From positions 1 through 31,731 of IMG/VR virus record IMGVR_UViG_3300025696_000025: DNA of 31,731 nt; one strand, given 5' to 3'. The notes below the pieces were generated by a model. The model did no database searches. It saw only the letters and a list, made by a program, of their open reading frames with translations, and was not told where the DNA came from. Position 1 is the first letter of the stretch. Every line of letters starts with the position of its first letter. The DNA comes from a virus. Lineage: Duplodnaviria > Caudoviricetes. A program made the position numbers and the translations under genes. Of the stretch, positions 18,569 to 27,585 are shown piece after piece.

Positions 18569-19397
18569 AATTAATCTTTTTATCTATAGATTTATAAATT
18601 TCAACACCTTCATCTGTTTTTAAGAAGTATGCAAATGCTGAATAAGGATTTTCATCGAAAGGAACCTCCATTAGTTTTCTTCCGTTGCTAGCCCAAGTGA
18701 AGTATCTTTGATCATCTGATAATCTTATGATACCAGCCTCGGTAGCTTGTATTGCAAAATTCCTTAATTGCACGTTCTCATCATTAGCTAAATCTAGGAA
18801 CAAACCTGGACTCATCTTTGCAAACAGTAGCAAGTCTCTTTTAAGCTCCTTAGAACTCATCTTAGATACCTTAGATCCTAACTCAACCCTTAATATTGCT
18901 TCAGCATGGTCTATATCCATACCTCTAGCAGCATTTAAAGCATCAATCTGTAGCTCTAATATATCTAATTCATCTTCTGCTATTTCAACTTGATCTAATT
19001 CGTTATATAATCTGTTTTTCAAGGGGTGATATAGAGATAATATCTTTTGAAGATTTTGTTTTTCTTTTGGAACAAATAACGCACCGTCCTTAAATATAAT
19101 GTGACCTAAGGTTGCTTCACCTTGTTGCTCTTTTACAAATGGCGAAGGTTGGTTTGTTGCATATCTTATTTCTTTTTGTTCACGACTATCTTTATCAAAA
19201 TACAGTAAAGCATGTTTTGAAGTATGTTTGCTGGGTATTGTAAATGTTAATGGTGATTTGTTAGAGTTTAATATATATGTTCTATCTTTTATTTCCCAAC
19301 TTGGTTTAGCTGGTTGTGTTTTTGTAGGAGTTTTTACTACTACTTTTTGCTGAGGAGCAACCTCAACTTTATTTGCTGGTGCTTTTTTTGCAGCCAT
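18567..19397 (-). CDS. Conserved post-capsid protein (276 aa; structural or assembly role by synteny)
   Basis: Lies immediately downstream of the MCP gene. It has a low-complexity K/P/A N-terminus followed by a globular region (EIRYATNQPSPFV, HIIFKDGALFVPK). Confidence 0.6.
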   Translation of the reverse strand: MAAKKAPANKVEVAPQQKVVVKTPTKTQPAKPSWEIKDRTYILNSNKSPLTFTIPSKHTSKHALLYFDKDSREQKEIRYATNQPSPFVKEQQGEATLGHIIFKDGALFVPKEKQNLQKILSLYHPLKNRLYNELDQVEIAEDELDILELQIDALNAARGMDIDHAEAILRVELGSKVSKMSSKELKRDLLLFAKMSPGLFLDLANDENVQLRNFAIQATEAGIIRLSDDQRYFTWASNGRKLMEVPFDENPYSAFAYFLKTDEGVEIYKSIDKKIN

Positions 19398-19426
19398 AAT
19401 ATAATATAATTAAATAGTTTATAAGG

Positions 19427-19467
19427 GTAATAATTACCCCCGTCAGTCCAACGAGGGTAAGAATTAC
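19427..19467 (-). terminator. RNA hairpin immediately after the major capsid gene
   Basis: Minus-strand UUACCCUCGUUG-GAC-UGACGGGGGUAA forms an 11-12 bp stem. Its G-U pairs form only on the coding strand, and there is an outer GUAAU/AUUAC extension. Confidence 0.6.
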
Positions 19468-19481
19468 ATTTGTTGAATCAA

Positions 19482-20945
19482 TTAGATTCCTTTGAATAAT
19501 ACAAAGTTGTTAGCACCTTGTACACATAAACATCTTTCAGATAAGAAGTTTACTTCCATAGCATCTAGATCAGATGTAGCAGCACCACCAGCAGAACCAG
19601 TAACCCATTGCTTCATTCTTCTGTCATTTGCTTGAGAAGCTCTATATCTTACGTGTAAGAAAGGACGTCTAATGTTTGTACCTAATACTTGATCATAAAC
19701 CGTAGAAGTTCCAGCTGGTACTAATACACCTTCGATAGAAGAAGTTCCAGTCATAGCTCCACGAGTAGAAGCATCGTTTAAGTATTTCCAGTCAGTCTTG
19801 TAGAAGTCATAAGAACCTCTTCTGAATCCAGAGAAACCTAAGTTCAATGCCATTTCTTCAGAGTTTTCAAATAATCCATAAGCAGTACCACCTTGAGCAC
19901 CTCCAGAGATTGCAGCTAACATATCGTCAAAATCTAAAGACGTTTGTCTTTGTAAGAATAACATGTTTTCTTCAATAGCTCCTTGAGTATCTAAGTTTTT
20001 CAAGATGTCATCGAAAGTGTCAAGACCTGCAGAAGCAGTGAATCCTACGTTTACATTACCTCTATCTTCGATAGCAGCAAATAAACCTTGAGTACCTTTG
20101 TAACCAGCATTAGCAGCAGATCCAGCTCCAGTACCTGTAGCTTTTTCTCCTTCTACTACAGACATTTCTAGGTAGTCTTCAAAACGTAATCTTGTTTCAG
20201 ATTCAGCTTTTAAGTACCATAAATATCCAGATGTTCCGTCTTCAGTAGCAACTTCTACCCAACCGATTTGAGCCATATCAGATCCGTTTACAACGTATTT
20301 ATTTCTGATAATAATTGGTGAGTTAGAGAATTGAGTGAAAGAAGGCTCAACAGATACATATCCGTCAGCAGCTCCAGCATTTACAGTGGAGTTAGGTGTA
20401 GATGAACCTTTTCCATATTCAGATCCAAATACAAATATTTTAACACCTGTAGTGGCTAAACCAGCTATAGTAGCTGCGCTGTAAGGACTTACAACTAAAG
20501 CTCCAGTTGTTAAGTTAGATGAAATTACAACAGCCTTTATTTCGAATCCTGTTGAATCCATAGCAACGATAGTAGCTCCAGGAGATACAACGTTAGCAAC
20601 ATAATCTTTAGGATCAGCTGGAGTTAAAGCAACAGGAATAGTAATTGTACTTGTTGTTCCTGATACACCACTAGTACATTCTTCGTAAGAGATGTGTAAT
20701 CTGTTTTGCTCAGACCAAATTACTTGATCAGAAGTCATTGGCATTTCTGCCCCTACCATTCTTAAGAATCCAGATAATGTTCTGTTTCCGTAACGCTCTA
20801 CTTCTTGTTCGTAGATCTCTGGTAAGTATTGTTGTGCGAAAGTGTCTGTTCCGTTAGCACCGTCGTTAAACTTTAGATAATTGCTATCTAAAATTTCTTG
20901 TTTTTGAGATGGTTTCAATGAACCAAATTGTGGAGTTAAACTCAT
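19482..20945 (-). CDS. Major capsid protein (487 aa)
   Basis: Follows the portal and scaffold genes. Motifs include QQYLPEIYEQEVERYGNRT, VIWSEQNRLH, GTQGLFAAIEDRGN and LNLGFSGFRRGSYDFYK. Codon choice is visibly that of a highly expressed gene (TTC/TAC/AAC/GAC). Confidence 0.85.
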   Translation of the reverse strand: MSLTPQFGSLKPSQKQEILDSNYLKFNDGANGTDTFAQQYLPEIYEQEVERYGNRTLSGFLRMVGAEMPMTSDQVIWSEQNRLHISYEECTSGVSGTTSTITIPVALTPADPKDYVANVVSPGATIVAMDSTGFEIKAVVISSNLTTGALVVSPYSAATIAGLATTGVKIFVFGSEYGKGSSTPNSTVNAGAADGYVSVEPSFTQFSNSPIIIRNKYVVNGSDMAQIGWVEVATEDGTSGYLWYLKAESETRLRFEDYLEMSVVEGEKATGTGAGSAANAGYKGTQGLFAAIEDRGNVNVGFTASAGLDTFDDILKNLDTQGAIEENMLFLQRQTSLDFDDMLAAISGGAQGGTAYGLFENSEEMALNLGFSGFRRGSYDFYKTDWKYLNDASTRGAMTGTSSIEGVLVPAGTSTVYDQVLGTNIRRPFLHVRYRASQANDRRMKQWVTGSAGGAATSDLDAMEVNFLSERCLCVQGANNFVLFKGI

Positions 20946-20959
20946 TTTGTTTAATTTTG

Positions 20960-22087
20960 TTAGTTAAATTTTCTTGTTTTTATCTTTAATTTTGAAGAAT
21001 CAGCACCAGAAATAGCTTTAACTTTTAAACCATTAATAAACACATCACCGCCACTAGTTTTCCTAGGTTCAGTTGAAATGTTTTTTGATTTAATCATAAC
21101 ATCTCTAACAGCATCGGCTTTGCCTTGCTCATAAAAATGTTGTGCTATTGTATCAGCGTTTCTAGCAGCATATAAAGCTTTGTGGTAACCTTTAGTATCT
21201 TTTACCTCTCCTTTATCATTTAGGAACGTCCCAATGAAGTTAGAGATATCAGATTGTGCTTCTGCTACCTTTTGTGGATTTTTTACACTGTACCTGAATT
21301 TACTTTCACCAACATTAAAATCAAAACCTTTGAAGTCGTTAGTTAATAATTCATTAGTACGTTTTAAAAATTCCGAGTGTTTTGCTTTACCAGCTTTCTG
21401 CTCTTCATTATATCGGTTAAAAAAGTCAGTGGCTTTTTGTTGGTCTTGAGTTACGCCTGGTCTCAACTTGATCTCATCGTAGTATTTACTCTTTGTTTCC
21501 TCTAAAAAGTTTCTAGCTTTTGCAACTTCTTCTTTAAATGCAAGTTTTTTCTTGCGTATATCCCTCTGCTCGTCAATGTCTTCATCGTATGAAAAATCTT
21601 CTAGCATAAGACTTATATCGTCACCTTCTAAATAAGGCTTCGTTTGTTTATAGTATTCTTTTAATAATGTTTCGTTATCAACATTAGAGTAATCAGCGTT
21701 AAGTCTAACATAGTCGTTTATATTACCACCTGTTTCCTCCATAAAAGAAACTAGCTTTTCGATGTTTTCTGGTAAGGGCTTGCCAATTACTTTTTCATCT
21801 CTAATAGCTTCTTTGTATTCAGCCTCCACCTCTTTAACTTCTTCCTCAACCTCTTCAACTAATTGTATAGGTGAGTTAGATTCTTCGTCGGCTACCACTG
21901 TTTCTTCAACAACTGGTACTTCTTTTTCTTCCTTGATAACTACTTTTGTAACCTCTGGCTCTGTTTCAATCAAAGGTTCTTTCATGCTAACCTTAGTGAT
22001 ATTATTCTCTGGTGTAGCTAATTTCTTAGGTGTCTTTTTTTTCTTTAATTTAAATTCACCCTCTTGTTTTACTGTTTGTTCTGACAT
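20960..22087 (-). CDS. Scaffolding-like protein (375 aa)
   Basis: Lies between portal and MCP. It has an acidic low-complexity N-terminal half, a helical core and the C-terminal HFYEQGKADAV motif. Confidence 0.65.
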   Translation of the reverse strand: MSEQTVKQEGEFKLKKKKTPKKLATPENNITKVSMKEPLIETEPEVTKVVIKEEKEVPVVEETVVADEESNSPIQLVEEVEEEVKEVEAEYKEAIRDEKVIGKPLPENIEKLVSFMEETGGNINDYVRLNADYSNVDNETLLKEYYKQTKPYLEGDDISLMLEDFSYDEDIDEQRDIRKKKLAFKEEVAKARNFLEETKSKYYDEIKLRPGVTQDQQKATDFFNRYNEEQKAGKAKHSEFLKRTNELLTNDFKGFDFNVGESKFRYSVKNPQKVAEAQSDISNFIGTFLNDKGEVKDTKGYHKALYAARNADTIAQHFYEQGKADAVRDVMIKSKNISTEPRKTSGGDVFINGLKVKAISGADSSKLKIKTRKFN

Positions 22088-22119
22088 AATATAATAATAT
22101 AAAATTAATAAAGTTTTTT

Positions 22120-24540
22120 TTATCTAGGGTCGAATTGTTCTAATCCAAATCCGCCTAGTGAGTCAAAACCTGACGACTCAAAATTCTTAGGTAGTTCATC
22201 GTTCTGACGTTGCGCTATAAGCTCTGATTGTTGTGTAGCTTGTATTCTAGTTCTTTCGTCCTTACGATCTTCTATATCTTTTTCTTTTCCTTTTTCAGCC
22301 TCAGCTCTAGCTTTCGCTAATTGAATATTGTAGTTAAACTCTTCAGCCATAAGCTCTTTCTTGATTTGAGCTTCAGTCTGCATACGTTGCATTTCAAACT
22401 GAGACTTACCCTGTTCTATTTGAAGTGTTGTTTGAGCTAACGCTTGTTGTTTCTGAACCTCAGCCATAGCGGCTTTTTCAGCACCTTCGGCATTTGCTTG
22501 AGCTTGAGCTTGTATGTTTTGCATTTGAGCCTGCCTATCAGCCTCCATCTTTTGCTTACGTTTTATTTTAAGCATTTGATTTGCTAACTTAATATTGGAT
22601 ATTTGTCTTAAATCTATAACATCTTCAAGATCAATACCTCCAGACTGTAACGCTATTTGTATATTTCTTTCTAACATTTGTCTTTCTTCTTCATCAGGCT
22701 CTAGATCTAAAAATATACCGAACTCATGCATGTTTAATTTTTCAATCTGCTCTAGTGTATTAACATTAAAGCTACTTATAGAATTCATTAAAGCGTTCTT
22801 AGTTAAAGGGAAGTTTAACATATCCGCCGCTCTTAGACTTATATTCTCACATATTCTAACAGTGATATACATTAATGATTGAAGTATATGCTTTGTTGCT
22901 GTATTTGATGCAGCTGCGGCTAGTTTCTGTAAACCAACTAAAGAATCTTTTGCCGGTTGACTACCGTCTCTAGCTTCATTAAGCCCTGTCACATCTCTTA
23001 TCATCTGTAAGTAGTATTGATAAGTTTGTATAAGCGCTTGTATCTTGCTCATACCTGACGATGTTTGTAATTCTTGTATTGGTACTTTAGCTCTGTTAGG
23101 ATCACCATCTTGTGTTAATGATCTACCAACTATACTACCAGTTTGGAAATACATATTAAGTGCTTCCTGTGGATTATAATTTGTTCCATTACCAAGATCA
23201 ACTTCAGCTAATCCGTCAACATCTACAAAAACACCATCTGGTACCATACGTGCTAACACTTGTTGTATCTTTAAGTGAGTCAACTGTATCATATCAGCAA
23301 AACCTATAGTTTTACTTACTATACTCTCAACTCTACCTTTGTACATTCTAGGAGCAGATATAGTATAATTCATATTAACCCTAGTTTGATCACTAAAAGG
23401 TCTAGTCATATTTTCTGCTAACTCCCACTTAAGCATCTTTTCGTAACCTAATATCTTAGCACCGCTATATAATACTTCTATAGATCTACTTACTTTATTG
23501 AAGTTATCACTCTCAGGCGGATCAAATGTATCGTCCTTTTGTAAAGCTTTTTCAAGACCTTGATCTGTTTGCTTTATTTTAAATACTTGATTACTATATG
23601 TTTTGTATTCAAAGTATAAAACTTGAACATTATCGTTATTACTATCTTGACCGTTAAAATTCCTGGTTCTAGTTGAATCACCTGGATAACGCTGTATCTC
23701 TATAAGATCTTCATCTGTTAGGTTCGGAAATTGTTTTTTAACTTCTTCCAACGGTACACTTTTAACTTCTCCTACGTAGTATATATCCTCAAAGTTTGGA
23801 TCTTCTGTGTAAGAGTGTACTAGATTAACTGGATCTACATAATCAACAGTAACTCCATTAGCTAGATTAAAATCAGTTTTACTAGCACCTATACCTAGTA
23901 CAACTAAATCGTATGCTACTCTTTTCTTAACCTCTTCGTATTTATTATAATCTAATACATTATTTATAAGCTCTTCTTCTGCTATTTCTACAGCTTGCTT
24001 ATATGTTAACTGCATATGTAACTCTAGCTCTTCTTTACTTTTAGGTAGCTGATCTTTAGGTACGTTAGTTCTACTTAAATCAATACCAAAATTCTGTTGA
24101 GCTTCTTGTATAAGGTTTTGTGAAAAAGCATCTTCAGCTAAATCAGTGGCATGCTGTGTTCTTTCTTTTACAGCAAACGGATCTGATGCAAATGATTTTA
24201 TCTCATAACCTTTATCTGTCATACCGTTAACAACAATGTCAACAAACTTAGATAACACCGCTACAGGTTTCCAGTCTAGGTTTAAGTAGCTTAAGTCACC
24301 GTTTATAGATAACTCATCTTTATATTTTTGCACAGACTGTTCTCCTCTTGCGTAGAGTCTTAACTTGTGAAAGTATTGCCAATTACCTGCAAATCTACCA
24401 CCGACGTTTGTACCTCTATCGCCTTTGAACCATTCATCTTCAATGGCTCTACCTACAGCATAACCATATTCTAAGGTTTGCTTTTCTGCGTCTGGTACTA
24501 CCTGACTAGGGAAAGAACTATTTGTGTTAGTATAAATCAT
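22120..24540 (-). CDS. Portal protein (806 aa)
   Basis: Abuts the terL stop (TAA-ATG). Motifs are LRLYARGEQ, KFVDIVVNG, VDYVDPVNL and IRDVTGLNEARDG, with a long Gln/Ala-rich C-terminal barrel coiled coil as in podovirus portals. Confidence 0.85.
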   Translation of the reverse strand: MIYTNTNSSFPSQVVPDAEKQTLEYGYAVGRAIEDEWFKGDRGTNVGGRFAGNWQYFHKLRLYARGEQSVQKYKDELSINGDLSYLNLDWKPVAVLSKFVDIVVNGMTDKGYEIKSFASDPFAVKERTQHATDLAEDAFSQNLIQEAQQNFGIDLSRTNVPKDQLPKSKEELELHMQLTYKQAVEIAEEELINNVLDYNKYEEVKKRVAYDLVVLGIGASKTDFNLANGVTVDYVDPVNLVHSYTEDPNFEDIYYVGEVKSVPLEEVKKQFPNLTDEDLIEIQRYPGDSTRTRNFNGQDSNNDNVQVLYFEYKTYSNQVFKIKQTDQGLEKALQKDDTFDPPESDNFNKVSRSIEVLYSGAKILGYEKMLKWELAENMTRPFSDQTRVNMNYTISAPRMYKGRVESIVSKTIGFADMIQLTHLKIQQVLARMVPDGVFVDVDGLAEVDLGNGTNYNPQEALNMYFQTGSIVGRSLTQDGDPNRAKVPIQELQTSSGMSKIQALIQTYQYYLQMIRDVTGLNEARDGSQPAKDSLVGLQKLAAAASNTATKHILQSLMYITVRICENISLRAADMLNFPLTKNALMNSISSFNVNTLEQIEKLNMHEFGIFLDLEPDEEERQMLERNIQIALQSGGIDLEDVIDLRQISNIKLANQMLKIKRKQKMEADRQAQMQNIQAQAQANAEGAEKAAMAEVQKQQALAQTTLQIEQGKSQFEMQRMQTEAQIKKELMAEEFNYNIQLAKARAEAEKGKEKDIEDRKDERTRIQATQQSELIAQRQNDELPKNFESSGFDSLGGFGLEQFDPR

Positions 24541-26769
24541 TTATTTTATTATTTTTGAAATACTTCCGTTGTTGTCATATCGGTTAAAAGATAATTGCAC
24601 TTTTCTCCTCTGTGTTCTATATACTGGTGAATACTTATTTTTATTGCAAGCCATAGCAGCAAGTCCAGAACTTATCGTAGCATCATGCTTTGTTCTATTG
24701 TTTATATTAAATCTTGCCCAGTCTTCTAATGTTCTTTGAAAATACATTTGACCGTAGCCTTCACCTGTGTAGCCAACGTGATCTTCTATGTATGTTTCAA
24801 TAGAAGCCGCATGAGCTTGTTTTATATCCTCGCTAGAGTTTGGTATTCCACCAATTTCCTTTTCAGTTACAGATAACTTATTGTATGCTTTATCAGGTCT
24901 ATTTATAGAGAAGTTTCTATAACCTCTTCTTTTTAAATAGTACAGTAATCTTGGTTTGTTGTTCTCTGCTAGTATTGGCATTCCATAAAAATGCAAAGCC
25001 ATAAGCACGTCTTCAAAAAATATCTCAGCTGTCTGAGGTCTAGCTATGTATTCTAAGAAAAACATATTAGACGGAGCATTATCCATATTAAATTTAGTTA
25101 AACCGTGCAGAGATCCGTTAGAACCTCTCTTGTCAACCGTACCTGATATATCATAGCTATCACATCCAAAAGCACCTATATGCTCGCTACCTGGATATTT
25201 AAGGCCATTTTTAACAATAACATTGTTTTGTAAGTTCATAGACGGAATCCACGATACATAAAACCTACCATTGTTATTTGGTTTAAATTCAACCACTGTA
25301 TCTTTTACATCACCTCTCCATTGAAAACTACCTCTTGTGACTAAACTTTTATTTCTAACTTCTTCATTGTAATCTATCTGCTCGTATATCTTAGTTAGAT
25401 TATATAAAGATAATTTTGCTTCATCTCTAAAAGCATGTTTCTCTGTTCTTGGAAACTGACGGTAGTATTCGTTTAATCCATCTTGATCACTCTTTAAACC
25501 ATCAACTTCGTTCTCCCAATGCTCTATTACTCCTGTTGTAATTATGTCACCCGCTGGATCTACTGCTTTATCTTTTGGCGTATCGAATACAGGTAAGCCA
25601 TAAGCGTCGATGAATCCTTCGTAATTCCATTCCATAGGTATGAACAAACTATATAATCCTGAGCTAGTCTGTCCGTTGCGGTTTCTCTCCCTGACGTCTG
25701 AAGCATAATATAATTTTTTAAAATTAGCACCACCTTTGTCTAAAGCGTTTGAGGTACTACCCATCATACATTTACCAACTATCTTTTTACCTAATCGTAA
25801 ACAAGTTTTTGTAACTCTCCAGTTATTTAGTATGTTATCAGGTCTTTCCCACTTACCACTTTCATCGTGTACTAGTATCTTTAGTTTCTCACCATCGTAC
25901 GAGTTGTCCCCGGTGTTCTTCCAGTCGATCGTTGTGTCGAGCCCCTGTTTATCCTCTGACGCGATACCCTCGTCGAGTTTCTTACGGGTAAGTTTCGAGG
26001 CTGGGACCCTATAAGCGAGTTCTGTCTTCGGCCTGTCCATACCGTCCTGGATCGGCTTGAAGAAGAAGGGATAATTAACCGAGATGGGGACGACCTTATC
26101 AGTAAACATCTTTTTAGCGTCTTGTCCTGACTTTGATAAAATGCCAAATCTTGAATCTGTGGATATTGTAGCAAGGTTAACCGCCTCACTTGATGCCATG
26201 AAAGAGAAACCTGATCGTCTGTTCTTAAGATAGCACATTCCGTAACACCGTACATCCGCTTTACAAGCTTCCCAGAAGATAAAGAATAATCTGTTTGATT
26301 CTCTATAGTCTGCTGCCCCAACATCAATCTTGGACCACTGCAAGAACATATAGTGAGTACCAGTAATATAATTGCTATTACCATTGTTTTTGAACCAAAA
26401 ACCCTGCTCCCTTCTCTTAAACTCTTCATCAATATAGTCATACCATTTTTCTTTAAACACGTTAGGGTATTTCTCCCAATCAAATACACTCTTTATTTTT
26501 AAAAGCTCTTTAGGATAATCTAACTTCTCCCATTTTTGTTCTTGCTTTTTATTAGAGCGTTTATATACCTTTTCAGGTTCCAAAGGTAATCCTATGACCA
26601 AGTTCTGTATTTGTATAACATCACCTAGAGTACCGTCCTTACTGATAATGACTATGTCATGCTCAATATCATAACCATAACTCCATTTTTTGTATCTGTT
26701 ATTTTTCTTTACAATACCTGGTTTTATGTAGTCGTCAAGTGTTTTTACTAATGTTTGCTCGTACATCAT
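24541..26769 (-). CDS. terL: Terminase large subunit (742 aa)
   Basis: Walker A-like YLKNRRSGFS, Walker B ILVHDESGK, coupling motif MMGSTSN, and RNase H-like nuclease residues AFGCDSYD, LAENN and KHDATIS. Confidence 0.93.
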   Translation of the reverse strand: MMYEQTLVKTLDDYIKPGIVKKNNRYKKWSYGYDIEHDIVIISKDGTLGDVIQIQNLVIGLPLEPEKVYKRSNKKQEQKWEKLDYPKELLKIKSVFDWEKYPNVFKEKWYDYIDEEFKRREQGFWFKNNGNSNYITGTHYMFLQWSKIDVGAADYRESNRLFFIFWEACKADVRCYGMCYLKNRRSGFSFMASSEAVNLATISTDSRFGILSKSGQDAKKMFTDKVVPISVNYPFFFKPIQDGMDRPKTELAYRVPASKLTRKKLDEGIASEDKQGLDTTIDWKNTGDNSYDGEKLKILVHDESGKWERPDNILNNWRVTKTCLRLGKKIVGKCMMGSTSNALDKGGANFKKLYYASDVRERNRNGQTSSGLYSLFIPMEWNYEGFIDAYGLPVFDTPKDKAVDPAGDIITTGVIEHWENEVDGLKSDQDGLNEYYRQFPRTEKHAFRDEAKLSLYNLTKIYEQIDYNEEVRNKSLVTRGSFQWRGDVKDTVVEFKPNNNGRFYVSWIPSMNLQNNVIVKNGLKYPGSEHIGAFGCDSYDISGTVDKRGSNGSLHGLTKFNMDNAPSNMFFLEYIARPQTAEIFFEDVLMALHFYGMPILAENNKPRLLYYLKRRGYRNFSINRPDKAYNKLSVTEKEIGGIPNSSEDIKQAHAASIETYIEDHVGYTGEGYGQMYFQRTLEDWARFNINNRTKHDATISSGLAAMACNKNKYSPVYRTQRRKVQLSFNRYDNNGSISKIIK
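25560..25706 (-). CDS. Candidate second overprinted ORF (48 aa) in the +1 frame of terL
   Basis: ATG at 25706 is preceded by AAAAAATTATATT, the same ATTATATTATG context as two real genes. Translation: MLQTSGRETATDRLAQDYIVCSYLWNGITKDSSTLMAYLYSIRQKIKQ*. Local GC is about 44%. Confidence 0.35.
   Translation of the reverse strand: MLQTSGRETATDRLAQDYIVCSYLWNGITKDSSTLMAYLYSIRQKIKQ
25881..26429 (-). CDS. Overprinted putative lipoprotein in the +1 frame of terL (start at 26441, 26429 or 26384)
   Basis: The frame is open from 26492 to 25881. Hydrophobic VIAIILLVLTI is followed by CSC (lipobox-like, Cys at 26342-26340) and the tail is Arg/Ser/Thr-rich. GC is 53% over 25891-26100 and falls to 32% just past its stop. 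Confidence 0.65.
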   Translation of the reverse strand: MKSLREGSRVFGSKTMVIAIILLVLTICSCSGPRLMLGQQTIENQTDYSLSSGKLVKRMYGVTECAILRTDDQVSLSWHQVRRLTLLQYPQIQDLAFYQSQDKTLKRCLLIRSSPSRLIIPSSSSRSRTVWTGRRQNSLIGSQPRNLPVRNSTRVSRQRINRGSTQRSTGRTPGTTRTMVRN

Positions 26770-27035
26770 TTAGATCTCCCTTCTGCAAAACCTTTAAAAG
26801 ATTTCTCTTTAGTATTACCACTTTCATTTATCATACTTTTTTCTTCTTCAATACGAGTTAGTATTTCAAAAGCGTCAAATATAGCTAGCTTTTTTGTAGC
26901 AGCAGCGTTCTTTAATCTATCAGCAGTTATATCATCACCTGAATCTACTATAGGTTCTTTAGCTACTTTTATTAACTCCTCAACTGCTTTTTGCCCAGCT
27001 TGGATTATACTGAGCTTGGTTTTTTTTGTGCTCAT
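26766..27035 (-). CDS. Probable terminase small subunit (89 aa)
   Basis: Small helical protein overlapping the terL start by ATGA. Assignment is by position only. Confidence 0.55.
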   Translation of the reverse strand: MSTKKTKLSIIQAGQKAVEELIKVAKEPIVDSGDDITADRLKNAAATKKLAIFDAFEILTRIEEEKSMINESGNTKEKSFKGFAEGRSK

Positions 27036-27585
27036 ATTTAATTACAATATCTTTTGATTTCATACAATATAATAATTCATCGTTAACGACAAATTCAAAT
27101 TCGCTGTTAGGTGTAAAACCTACAACGTCTCCATTACTTATTTTAAGAGCTTCTAAGGAACTATTACCATACTTTAGTATTCCAATATGGTTTTTCTCTT
27201 TCTTTAGCTCTAGATTATCCTTATTAATTATAGGTGCCACAAAGCATCTATTGTTAAAAGGTTTCCACGAGTTATCTTTACCGTATAAGTATATCTGATC
27301 TAATTGACAGAAATACCTATTATCTTTGAAGTATTTACTACTGTTTACTTCTTTACCTTTTTGGTTGTAGTATCTTCTAAATACATTGTGGTGTATAATA
27401 ACCTCATCACCTACTCTTATAGGGGTTTTAAAGGCTATTGGCACAGATATCACTTTAGCTTTATTATTTATAAACTTGTGACTTTCTATTTTAGAATTTA
27501 AAACTAGTTTTTTATCACCTACTTTTAACTCGTTGTCGTATCTCTCTCCTACTGGTTCTACAATAAAATCGTATACACTTCTCAT
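26980..27585 (-). CDS. Tandem GroES-like (co-chaperonin fold) protein (201 aa)
   Basis: Two GroES-like repeats: DFIVEP...AKVISVP...IRVGDEVII...DQI and KPFNNRCFVAPI...GILKYG...ISNGDVVGF...LYCMKSKDI. Confidence 0.7.
   Translation of the reverse strand: MRSVYDFIVEPVGERYDNELKVGDKKLVLNSKIESHKFINNKAKVISVPIAFKTPIRVGDEVIIHHNVFRRYYNQKGKEVNSSKYFKDNRYFCQLDQIYLYGKDNSWKPFNNRCFVAPIINKDNLELKKEKNHIGILKYGNSSLEALKISNGDVVGFTPNSEFEFVVNDELLYCMKSKDIVIKYEHKKNQAQYNPSWAKSS

Noticed and set aside
21441-21475. Short inverted repeat and slightly GC-rich patch in the scaffold gene
   Set aside because: Only a 5-bp perfect stem (TTGAG/CTCAA), and the +1 frame has a stop at 21451-21453. This is too weak to call without comparative data.
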